Below, piece after piece: positions 24,436 through 35,036 of a stretch of DNA of 64,000 bases. Origin of the DNA: Utricularia gibba (Eukaryota; Plantae; Magnoliophyta); contig NEEC01000015.1 of assembly GCA_002189035.1 (NCBI GenBank), positions 2,480,001 to 2,544,000 on the forward strand. Reading direction: 5' to 3'. A program made the translations under genes and the position numbers. Position 1 is the stretch's first letter, and every line of letters begins with the position of its first letter. The notes below the pieces were generated by a model. It had not been told where the DNA came from. It was given only the letters and a program-made list of their open reading frames with translations, and made no database searches.

Positions 24436-26687
24436 ATGGATCCCGACTAGGTGAAATTGTTCAATCCTCCAATGGATATAAACCTGATGGCTATGAGTTT
24501 TTCACTTCTTATGATCATTCCGAGTACCCTGCCAACGGCATCAACCATGATTTGGGTCTTAAATTTTTGGATGTCTCGTTCTTACAAACAAGCCCAGATC
24601 CTCATATGTTTGCTCCGTCTTCAACCGCGGGTTATGAAATGGAGTCACCTGATGACCAAGACTCCGATGAAGTGCTAAAGTTCCTTAACATGATTTTGGT
24701 TGAAGAGAACTTGGAGGAGAGGCCTAGCATGTTTTATGATCCGCTTGCCTTGCAAGCCACCGAGAGGTCCTTGTATGAGGTCCTTGGCCAAGATTACCCA
24801 CCTTCACATTACAACCCTGATATCTATACTGACCAGCCATCTGATAGCCCTGAAAGTGTCATTGCGAATTCCAGTGGGGGTGTGAGCAGCAGCAATGCTG
24901 GTAGTAGTTCTATAGATCATCAATGGACTCTGGATCCTGGTGAATGTAGCTCTACATTGGAACAAGGTCATCAACAGGGTGCATCCAATATTTTTGTTCA
25001 GGAAGTTTCACGATCTGAACCAGCCCTTAAAAATCCCTTCCAGGTTCAGAGCAATCCTGATACCTTGAACTCCTTTGATAGCCCAGATTTAATAAAGAAT
25101 TTCTTCAGCAGCAGCGAGTCCATTTCACAGTTCAAGAAGGGCATGGAAGAAGCCAGTAAGTTTCTTCCAACGAATAATCAGTTGATTATTGATTTGGATC
25201 AGTATACATTGCCTCCAAAATTAGAAGACGTGCCCGTGGCTGCTGTTAAAGTAGAGAATGATGAAATTAATGAACCTTCTAATTCCATTAGGAGAAGGAA
25301 ATATACTTTTTCCGAGGATGAAAACTCAGAGAATTTAGAGCGAAGTAGTAAACAATCTGCGATTCATGTTGACGAAGCTGAACTTTCTGAATATTTTGAT
25401 AGGGTTCTGCTCTGTAATGAGGGTAAAGCTTCAGAACATTGTACCAGGCAGGCAAAATTGCCTAGTTCTGAGAAGGCTTCAATGCAAGGAGTTCTAGAAA
25501 ATGTTTCCAACGGGAAATCGCAAACCAAGACGATTGATAGTGATGGGGATACTGTGGACCTCCGGACCCTTTTAATTACCTGTGCTCAAGCTGTTGCTGC
25601 AGATGACAGAAGAACTGCGTATGAACAATTAAAACAAATAGATCAACACTCATCACCGACTGGAGGTGTCTACCAGAGGTTGGCCCATGTATTTGCTAGT
25701 GGTCTTCGAGCACGCTTAGGTGGCAATGGAAACCAACTCTGTGCATCTCTGACTCACCGGAAGATGACAGCTTTTGAAAAGTTAAAGGCGTATCAAGTTT
25801 TCCTCTGTGCTTGTCCACTCAAGAAGTTGCCTATTTTATTTGCTAATAAGATGATTGGTTTAGCTGCTGGGGAAGCCCATACTCTCCACATCGTTGATTT
25901 TGGTATACTCTATGGTTTCCAGTGGCCTATACTTATTCAGCACCTTTCAGAAAGACCTGGTGGCCCTCCCAAGTTGCGCATCACAGGAATAGACCTTCCC
26001 CAACCAGGCTTTAGACCTGCTGAGAGAATAGAGGAGACAGGACGACGCTTGGGTAAGTACTGTGAACGTTTTGGTGTCCCATTTGAGTACCAGGCTATTG
26101 CTACACAAAACTGGGAGAACATTAAACTAGAAGACTTAAAGATCGTCAGGGATGAAGTTGTTGCTGTTAATTGCTTATTCCGGCTTGGCCTGCTCCTTGA
26201 TGAGACCGTTGTTGTTGATAGTCCAAGAGATAAGCTTCTGAAATTGATAAGGAAAATGAAGCCTGATATATACGTGAACGTGGTCACCAATGGGTCTTTC
26301 AGTGCACCATTTTTCGTCACCCGTTTCAAGGAGGCTCTCTTCTACTACTCGGCACTATTTGACATGTTCGATGCCACCATACCCCGTGACAACACAGAGA
26401 GGATAGACTTAGAGCAAGATTTCCTTGGGCGTGAGGTCATAAACGTAATTGCCTGCGAAGGTGCTGAAAGGACTGAAAGACCTGAGACCTACAAGCAGTG
26501 GCATGCCCGCCATGTCAGAGCTGGCTTCAAACCTTTCCCAATGAATGCAGCCATAATGAAGAAACTGAGGAATAAGAATGCAACTGCATATCATAAGGAT
26601 TTTCTGTTTGATGAAGATGGAAACTGGATGTTGCAGGGATGGAAAGGCAGGATCATTTGTGCAACCTCTTGCTGGGTTCCTTCATAG
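24436..26687 (+). CDS. SCL14-like: GRAS transcription factor, SCL14/SCL11/SCL33 (LISCL) subfamily, intronless CDS; apparent frameshift in codon 3-4
   Basis: 711-aa ORF from 24552 with DEVLKFLNMILVEE, DLRTLLITCAQAVA, QRLAHVFASGLRARL, LHIVDFGILYGFQWP, LRITGID, ERPETYKQW, WMLQGWKGRIICATSCWVPS*. The upstream ATG GAT CCC (24436) joins the frame if one C is added, giving MDPRLGEIV... Confidence 0.95.
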
Positions 26688-27510
26688 CTCTCTTCCCAAT
26701 ATGACGCCTCCATTTCTTCAGTTGAACTGCGGGTGCATGCGCGTGTTTAACATCCATGTAATAAGACGTGGACGCGTCGCTCCGCAACCAGAGGTGGGGA
26801 AGGTAGGTTCTTCTTGATGTATGGTATGGAGTAGTTGGAGCAGTGCATTCTACGAATGCGCCTTGTGCTGTTTACACGTATATGTAGTGTTGCTGAGTGG
26901 TTGTAGTCTTCCCTCGGGGTAATATCGTCTTTTCCAGAAGTAACCACCCATCCGTTGTCCATAGCTGAAGTTCAGATCCTGATACCTAAAACCAGGGGCC
27001 GTTGGGTGGCCACGTGTTAAACGAGGACTCTACCCACGTGGACCCAGTCAGCCATTCATCGCCTTCCACGCCTTCGTTTTCTCAACTAGGTTTGTTAAGT
27101 GATTGAAATCAGTTAGTCGGTTTTCGACAATCGGTTTTAGGATTTAAAAATTAATTTTCTTAAAATAAAAAAATTAAAAAGATTAATAAGATTTTCAAGA
27201 ATTTTAATACTAAAGTAATTAAATGCTTTCATATATTCGTCTAAAATCTTTGGTCTCTATACGTTTATTAATATAAATACATAAAATATTCATGTTTAAA
27301 TGTAATTAATATTATGTTACTAATGTTTAATATTAATATTTTTAATATTACTTATTATAATTTTTTTCAAAATAGATAATTTATTTTGATAATCATTGTT
27401 TAAGTAGTCAAAATCGGATTCGATCCATGAATACCGGATTTAAACAGAACCGACTTTATTATACTGGCGATAAGAACTGGGTGACTAATGAAGTCCTTTT
27501 GGATAACTTC

Positions 27511-27678
27511 ATGTGCTCCCGCCCAGGTACGGCCGACGAAGAGGAGTGCTCCACTCCAAAGTGCGGCGATGTCCGGAGGAATCCACCGAAGAGCGGCTAC
27601 TTCCAGCCGCCGGATTTAGAGCTTCTTTTCACGTTACGCCCACCCAGGTCTGAGTGCGTGGATCCCATTAGTGGTTGA
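27511..27678 (+). CDS. SMR: SIAMESE-RELATED (SMR4/SMR5-type) CDK-inhibitor-like small protein with an internal in-frame deletion; could be a pseudogene
   Basis: MCSRPGTADEEECSTPKCGDVRRNPPKSGYFQPPDLELLFTLRPPRSECVDPISG*: N-terminal C-x-TP motif and C-terminal PPKxGYFQPPDLExLF motif of SMR4/5. An alternative upstream ATG is at 27427. Confidence 0.75.
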   Translation: MCSRPGTADEEECSTPKCGDVRRNPPKSGYFQPPDLELLFTLRPPRSECVDPISG

Positions 27679-27848
27679 ATATTTTTCTTCTCGTTGATTG
27701 ATCTCATTCCGGCGATGAATGAGATGGATGACCGCGTAGCGTGTCTGTGATGCAAGCATTTTGACAAACACTTGCCGTGCACAGGCAGCAATGATGGAAT
27801 GATCATAGACAACAAGCGTACAGAACAAATCCTAGGTTTACATCGGTG

Positions 27849-28883
27849 TCAATAGTCCCATATCATGACAATGGCGATGAGTGCAACGCCGAGCAGCACA
27901 GCCAGAAATTTGAAGAAGGGAGTGTCCAACCGGGACTCGTTCTGTGGTTTAAACCCTTTGGCGATCAAATGGTTTACGGCTACGTAGATGAATATTCCGC
28001 AGGCGAGACCCATGGTGATGGCGTATGTCCAATCCGCGGTTGCACCTTGGCTCGTAGCATCCAGGGCGATGCCGATCGCCACCCCCACCGGACTCGAGAT
28101 GGCAAAGGCGAACGAGTAGGCCGCCGTCGTTAGGAGTGGCCTCGTTGGAAGCATCTTTAACAGAGCGATTCCCATGGCGATTGCTGCGAACACTTTGTGG
28201 AGACAGATGACCCATAGCCCCTTCCACGCATCTGCTTCCGAGGCTGAAATGCACAGATTTCAATCAAGGATGATGGCAGCAGTACTCCTACAAGCTCTAG
28301 CTAGAAGACTTACACGAAACTCCGACTGCAATGCCTTCGAAGACAGAGTGGAAACACAAGGCGAGTATCAAAAGAATGGTGTCGCCAAAGGAAGTAGTCT
28401 TGAGGAACATGGCATGCTTAGCATCCTCATCTTCATCCCCATTCACACCCTGCTCCTGCACTCTCCGTTCCCTCCCTTCTGCTTTGCTGGTAACGTGTGA
28501 GACCACCACATCGCTGAACATGGTCATCATGTACCCTGCCGCAGCCAGCATGAAGGAAAAAGGATAGCCGTTGGTAGTAAGATCAGCAAACGTTGAAGTG
28601 GAATCACTCAAGAAATGGATCAGCGCCGTCGCGAGGAAGATCCCGGCGGCGAATTGAGTACCAGTAGAAGAAAAGTCTCGTTCCATCGGAAGAAATAAGG
28701 GGAAACACCACTAACGAATGTGGCGATGAAAAAGATAATCAAGCAGTACACCTTGACCAGGATCAATCCCCGGGAGCGCAAATTCACGGTGCTGTCGCCG
28801 CCTCCGTCGTCGCCGGAGATGAACAAACATTGGGCGATTAATGCCAAGAGAATGATGAAGAAAGTTGAGTCCCGTGAAGCCAT
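27849..28883 (-). CDS. ZIP2: ZIP family metal transporter, ZIP2-like, 2 exons; apparent frameshift at 28661-28662
   Basis: [54 protein letters not shown](G)[41 protein letters not shown]|..[59 protein letters not shown]. Confidence 0.92.
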
Positions 28884-28921
28884 TCGTGGTGAAACACCGG
28901 TGGTGATAGCCGAATATAATC

Positions 28922-29024
28922 GTACAAAGCGTTGATAGTTCAATGGGCATTGCAGTACAGATTTGAACGTGGGGTATTTGTACTGCACATGAACCCCGTC
29001 TGCAGTTGACTTTGTACTGCACAT
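28922..29024. promoter_or_regulatory. Cluster of four GTAC cores (three in the 9-mer TGTACTGCA), copper-response (SPL7/CuRE-type) elements
   Basis: GTAC at 28922, 28955, 28980 and 29014; TTTGTACTGCACAT directly repeated at 28977-28990 and 29011-29024; inverted copy TGCAGTACA at 28951-28959; 40-140 bp upstream of the ZIP2 ATG. Confidence 0.65.
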
Positions 29025-29263
29025 CCAATTATAAATCCTGGAATGGATATTTATGCCTGCCGTAAAGCGCGTCATCTTCTAAATTCGAAATAATATGAAT
29101 TATTTTATTGTAAATCGCGATCTGATAAAAATATCTGTCGTCATCTTCATCCAGATTTATCTGATTTTTTTTTTTGGAAAAAAGGGTAATCCAAAGCTGC
29201 CTGGAAAAACCTACCGTGGAATCCTTTTTTTTTTTTTTTTTTTGAACATGTGAAGCATTCCTG

Positions 29264-31210
29264 ATGTCCCAAGCTCCTATCTCTTATCGTCTTCCATTTC
29301 CCGTATCCCGAAGGGTCTCCGTCGCTTGCTTGCCTTCTCCTCAGGCTGCCATACTTCCTGAATCCAACTCTGCTACCAGCAAAATCTCGTTAATTCAGTC
29401 ACTCTGCAAAAAGGGCCAACTAAAACAAGCTTTACAGTTGTTATCTCAGGAGGAAAACCCAGCCCAGCATTCTTATGAGCTTCTCGTACAGTCTTGTTTA
29501 GAGAACAGCTCTCTCTCCGACGCGGTTTTGGTTCACGAGACCATTATCGATAATGGGTTTCACCAAGATCCTTTCTTGGCGACCAAGCTTATTGACATGT
29601 ACGCACAACTTGATGCTTTGGATTATGCACGCAAGGTGTTCGGCGAAATTAGGCGGAGAACGATATACGTGTGGAATGCCATTTTTCGCGCTTTATGTTT
29701 AGGGGGTCATGGTGAAGAGGCTCTTAATTTGTACAGGAGAATGAACGCGACCGGGATGCCTGCTGATAGCTTTACCTATACGTATGCTCTTAAAGCTTGC
29801 GTTGTTCCGGAATTCAACCGTTGTTTACTACAGCAAGGAAGAGAAGTTCATGCGAGTGTTCTGAGGCATGGACATGAAAGTGATGTTCATGTAATGACTA
29901 CTTTGGTGAATATGTATGCGAACTACGGGTGTGTAGAGGATGCAAGTTTCGTGTTCTCTTCGATGCAGCAGAAAAATATCGTTTCTTGGAGTGCTATGAT
30001 TGCATGCTTTGCCAAAAACGGCAGACCCCGTGAAGCATTGGAGCTTTTCTGGGACATGGTTCTTGAAAATGATAATATGTTGCCCAATTCGGTTACCATG
30101 GTGACTGTTCTCCAGGCATGTGCCGCACTATCTGCCTTGGAGCAGGGGAAGTTGATTCATTGCTACATACTTAGAAGAGGTCTCCATTTAAGTTTGCCTG
30201 TTATGAGTTCCCTTGTGACATTCTATGCAAGGTGTGGAGAACTTGAAACGAGCAAAAGAATTTTCGATCGTATAGACAACAAGGATGTGGTTTCTTGGAA
30301 TTCCATGATTTCAGGTTACGGGATGAATGGCTTGGGATCAGAAGCCGTTCTCCTCTTCGAAGAGATGTTACAGCAGGGTGTCTCCCCAAGTCCAGTATCA
30401 TTTATCAGTGTTTTAGGGGCTTGTAGCCATTCAGGACTTGTTGATAAAGGGAAAATGATATTTGATTCAATGGTGAAGGTACACGGAATCATCCCCACAG
30501 AAGAGCATTATGCCTGTCTCGTCGATCTTTTAGGCAGAGCTAACCGTTTGGATGAGGCAGCAAGAGTAATAGAAGAGATGGATGCTGAGCCCGGAGCTAA
30601 AGTCTGGGGATCACTTCTTGGTTCCTGCAGAATTCACAACAATGTAGAACTAGCTGAGATGGCAAGTGAAAGGCTTTTCGAACTGGAGCCCGAAAATGCA
30701 GGTAACTACGTGCTTCTAGCTGACATATACTCTGAGGCAGAACAGTGGGATGATGTCAAAAGAATAAAGAAGCTTTTGGAATCAAGGGCCTTAAAGAAAG
30801 TATCCGGTTGTAGCTGGATAGAAGTGAAAAGGAAAGTTTACTCCCTCAGGTCTGTGGATGAGCTAAATCCACAAATCGAGCAAATCCATGCTTTGCTTGT
30901 GAACTTATCAAGGGAGATGATGGAGAAAGGGTATGTCCCTGAGACTAAAGCCGTTCTTTATGATCTTGACACCATGGAGAAACAGAGGATCCTTCTGGGC
31001 CACAGTGAGAAGTTAGCAGTTGCATTTGGGTTGATAAACTGCAGTAAAGGGGAGACCATAAGGATTACAAAGAATCTGAGGCTATGTGAAGACTGCCATT
31101 CTTTTACCAAGTTCATTTCCAAGTTTGCTGATAGAGAAATCTTTGTCCGGGATATCAACCGCCATCATCGTTTCAAAGATGGGGAGTGCTCCTGCATGGA
31201 TTACTGGTAG
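29264..31210 (+). CDS. CRR2: PLS-class PPR-E-DYW protein, CRR2 orthologue (plastid rps7-ndhB transcript processing), intronless
   Basis: 648-aa ORF: LIQSLCKKGQLKQALQLLSQEENPAQHSYELL..QDPFLATKLIDMY..RTIYVWNAIFRAL..HSEKLAVAFGLIN..TKNLRLCEDCHSFTKFISKF..CSCMDYW; it follows the Arabidopsis CRR2 sequence as I recall it along its whole length. Confidence 0.88.
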   Translation: MSQAPISYRLPFPVSRRVSVACLPSPQAAILPESNSATSKISLIQSLCKKGQLKQALQLLSQEENPAQHSYELLVQSCLENSSLSDAVLVHETIIDNGFHQDPFLATKLIDMYAQLDALDYARKVFGEIRRRTIYVWNAIFRALCLGGHGEEALNLYRRMNATGMPADSFTYTYALKACVVPEFNRCLLQQGREVHASVLRHGHESDVHVMTTLVNMYANYGCVEDASFVFSSMQQKNIVSWSAMIACFAKNGRPREALELFWDMVLENDNMLPNSVTMVTVLQACAALSALEQGKLIHCYILRRGLHLSLPVMSSLVTFYARCGELETSKRIFDRIDNKDVVSWNSMISGYGMNGLGSEAVLLFEEMLQQGVSPSPVSFISVLGACSHSGLVDKGKMIFDSMVKVHGIIPTEEHYACLVDLLGRANRLDEAARVIEEMDAEPGAKVWGSLLGSCRIHNNVELAEMASERLFELEPENAGNYVLLADIYSEAEQWDDVKRIKKLLESRALKKVSGCSWIEVKRKVYSLRSVDELNPQIEQIHALLVNLSREMMEKGYVPETKAVLYDLDTMEKQRILLGHSEKLAVAFGLINCSKGETIRITKNLRLCEDCHSFTKFISKFADREIFVRDINRHHRFKDGECSCMDYW

Positions 31211-31311
31211 CAAGAATCAACATTCAGATAGATGACATGAATGGAGTTTTTTTTTTTACATATCAGATAGCAGGAATGAAAATCAAATGAGCTTTTTTTG
31301 AGATTATGATC

Positions 31312-31409
31312 TGGGCTTCCAGTTTTTGGGCTATTGTGTGGCCCAATTAAAGAGGCCCAGACACAAGGGTTATATAAGGGCTTTTCGGACCGTCTGATTT
31401 TTCCACGTG
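31312..31409 (+). promoter_or_regulatory. Compact TFIIA promoter: four site II motifs, TATA-like box, G-box
   Basis: TGGGCT 31312 and 31327, GGCCCA 31340 and 31354, TATATAA 31371-31377, CACGTG 31404-31409, all in the 421-bp gap between the CRR2 stop and the TFIIA start. Confidence 0.55.
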
Positions 31410-31631
31410 GAGTGAGAGGAAGGGAAACGGATGCAAACCTATTTATATACCACTCTTTAATAATCCTTTTCCGTTCCGCTTCATTTCTCTCGTCTCTACG
31501 CCGCTGGGTATTTCTCGCTCTGCCAAACCTTGTTATTCTCCGGGAATTCGTGTTGATCAACGCGCCATCAGTTTGAGAGTATTGAATTCATCTGTTTTGG
31601 TTTTTATAATACTCTTTGGAGACTTTCAAGG

Positions 31632-34600
31632 ATGGCGAGTTCTGCCACGAGCAACGTTTATGTCCATGTTATCGAAGACGTTATCAACAAGGTTCGCGAG
31701 GAGTTTATCAGCAATGGCGGGCCGGGAGAGGAAGTTTTGAATGAGCTCCAAATGGTAATGGGCTTTTTATTCTTATTTGTTGATTGGGTGAGTTTGCTGT
31801 TCCCCTTAGGGTTCTGGGGAATTTGAATTCCAAGTCCGCTTGGTGGGTTTTTTTGCGGTATTTCTTGATTCTAATAATGGCCTATTCGAAGTCGTGAGTA
31901 TCGATTTCGATTGTAGTTGGAGTTGTGGCGATGATGATGTTTTATTTTGAACGTACATTCACAGTTATGGGAAGCCAAAATGATGCAAGCTGGTGCAATC
32001 TTGGGTCCCATTGATCGCTCTGCAGCGCAACAACGGCCAGCAGCAGGTGCCCCGTTTACTCCCAATCCAGTGCATGATCTTAACGTTCCCTATGAAGGCT
32101 CAGAGGAGTATGAAACGCCCACAGCTGATATGCTGTTCCCCCCGGTTAGAATATCGCATTCTGTATACTCAATGTTATGTCCTCGAACTGAAAATTTTTT
32201 TTCTCTTCGTTATATTCTTAATCCATGGCCAGACTCCACTACAAACACCGATGCAGACACCGCTTCCGGGAAGTGGACAAACTCCACTCCCTGGAATGGT
32301 TCAGACACCTCTTCCTGGAAGCGAGAGTAGCTCCTTGTACAATATTCCTACTGGCAGCACCCCCATTACCCCTGGTGAGTATTTGTCGACCAATGAAAAC
32401 GGTGGCACTCCTGATGTACGAGCTGGCCCTGGTAGACCTAGTCCACAGATGGTATCTCCAACTATTATCTTTCTTTTGTTCTCTATAATTTTATGCTTAT
32501 ATCCATGACACCAACAATGTAATTTCGTGTATTGTTTTCTTCATACAGTACATTCCAGTTTTTCTTTTGGATTGATATTTAAAATACTTCCTGCAGCAGC
32601 CACCTTCATCTTGGATTACTCAAAGGCCTCCTTTAGATGTGAATGTGGGTAAGTCTGATGACGCATAGTGGTATGGAATATGCAACTTTGGAGAACAAAA
32701 AAAAAAAAAAATGAAAGATAGGATTCAGAGATGATAACTAGTAGAATGCAACTTGGTAGTGCCTGTTTTCTTGTTCTAAAATGCCTTCCATTTCCAGCCT
32801 ATGTGGAAGGTCGGGAAGAGAGTGAGCGAGGAGCCCTCAGCGGTCAGCCCACAACTCAGGTGACTGAGGAGGGTTCCATTTCTGAGGTGTCTATGTGCAT
32901 TCTCACCTAAAAAAACGTTTTAGATGCAAGTTTGTTTGATTTCTAAGATTCAGCAACGATTTAATTGATTTCTTGTATGTCAACTGATTGATTGAGGAAT
33001 GTGATTAGAGCCTAATTAAGAACTTGCGGTGGTTTCCATTTGATTGTGTTCCATACGTAATGCATTTGAGCTGGAGTGTTAACAATATCATTTTATATCA
33101 GGATTTCTTCATGAACTCTGGGAAACGGAAAAGGGAGGAGCTACCTCCTAATTACCGTGCTGGTGGGTACATCCCACAGCAGGATGGAGCGGGAGATTTC
33201 TTGCCAGATAAGGTGAACGAATCTTTTTTGAGTTGTACATTGCATCACTGATCAATCACTGAATAATATGGAGTATATTTTCTAGTCATTTGCTACATCT
33301 TTGAGAAGCATCTCAGTTTTGTCACACATTAGAACTTAAATAATCCAAAAGAATATACACGCGCTCATAATCAGTTTTTATTGACAAGATGCCCCTGATG
33401 TGTTCACACATTCTGAATTGCTTGTTGCTGACTGTCCACAGAGTTGCTTGTCTAAGTGAAACCATAGGGCATCCTCGAAACTTCCTTTTAGACCACTCTC
33501 ATTTACATTACGATATGTTGACAGCGTTCTAAATGATTGTTAAACATTTCTTGTGCTCCGCTCAGATTGTCCAAAGACATTCACAAGTATCCGCTCTTGG
33601 GAAATCTTCCGGGCTACCTCAGTTGGATGGCCCATTACCTGACCCATATGATGATGTTCTCTCTACACCAAGTGTAAGTTACTTTTCACAATCATGCCCC
33701 TGTTTCTTACTCGTGGTGATATAGGGTCCAAACAGTGTACATCATGGTTTATTCTGAAGCTATATCTGAAGCAAACCATGTAGATTATGTTCTATATATG
33801 AAGAAGTGAATCTTGTTAAGGGAACTGAGTAAATATGCTTGACTGGCTTACGGTTCATTTTATTGCCAGTGTTAAGGGCCTCAGTATGTGCTTGGTTATC
33901 TTACCTTTATTTTTCCAAATGTCTCATAGGTTCTGGAATATATTTCCAATAGTTGTTTGAACTATCTGTCGGGTTTCATGTTTGAACCTCTTATTCTGAC
34001 TACTATCTCTCCTGCTTCCTTTCTTTTTTCAAACCATTTGCCTTTAATAAATTTCTTTGTACTCCCGCGACAATGGCCTGGTGGTCTTTCAGATCTACAA
34101 TTATCAAGGAGGTGTCAATGAAGACTACAACATAGTAAACACACCTGCCCCAAATGGTAACATAAAGCATCTAATTGTACCAAAAGTCTACGTCCCAGTA
34201 TTTAAATAACTTGACCTTTCTAGAGATGCATGCAGTGGCAACTCCTGCTCCTGTTCCAAATGATGCTGGTGATGAGGACGACGATGATGAACCATTGAAT
34301 GAAGCTGATGATGATGATGAAGATTTGGATAGCGTAAACCAAGGGGAGGATCTGAATATCACTCATTTGGTTCTAGCTCAGTTTGACAAGGTATCTGGAT
34401 GAATGTCTACTCATTATCTGTCTATGGAGCCACGCTATTGCATTATTGTGTGTCAATTCAGGTCACAAGAACAAAGAGCAGGTGGAAATGCACCTTGAAG
34501 GACGGCATCATGCACATAAACAACAAGGACATTTTGTTCAACAAGGTACCTTCTGTCCAAGGGAGAAGTTCCTCGTTTCTTTGCCTAAGGACACAACAGC

Positions 34601-34651
34601 TGAAATTTTGTCTTTTCCCTTTTCCAGGCGACCGGAGAGTTCGACTTCTGA
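31632..34651 (+). CDS. TFIIA-L: Transcription factor IIA large (alpha/beta) subunit, multi-exon
   Basis: MASSATSNVYVHVIEDVINKVREEF..LNELQM|LWEAKMMQAG..HDLNVPYEG..; QTPLPG repeats; PQQDGAGD and PQLDGP (taspase-site-like); acidic stretch; HLVLAQFDK|VTRTKSRWKCTLKDGIMHINNKDILFNK|ATGEFDF*. Confidence 0.95.
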
Positions 34652-35036
34652 TCTTGTTGGCTGAAGGGTGAATGTGCAGCAGCGAGCATCGAACGAAATC
34701 TGAAACGTTTTTGTGATATTTTGCATTCCTTGGCGAAGGCTTGTAGTATGTGTATGAAAACACTGCATTGCTATCTCGTATACGCTTCCTGACGTAATAG
34801 ACAGATGAAGGAAACACTGCTCTTTGGTTTGCAACGTTGATGCCTTGATGACGTAATCATCGGTTTAGCGGCCTTATTGGGCTTGATGAGATGTATCCAG
34901 GCCCGGATTAGTTTCAAGGGCCCAAACTGATGTCTGGTAAAGTGTGCACTGAGGGGGTCATCCTGATAAACCCTTTGGTCGTTCTTCAACCTTAAGCTTT
35001 TGTAGTCTTCTTCCTCTTCGTTGTCGCCGGATCTCA

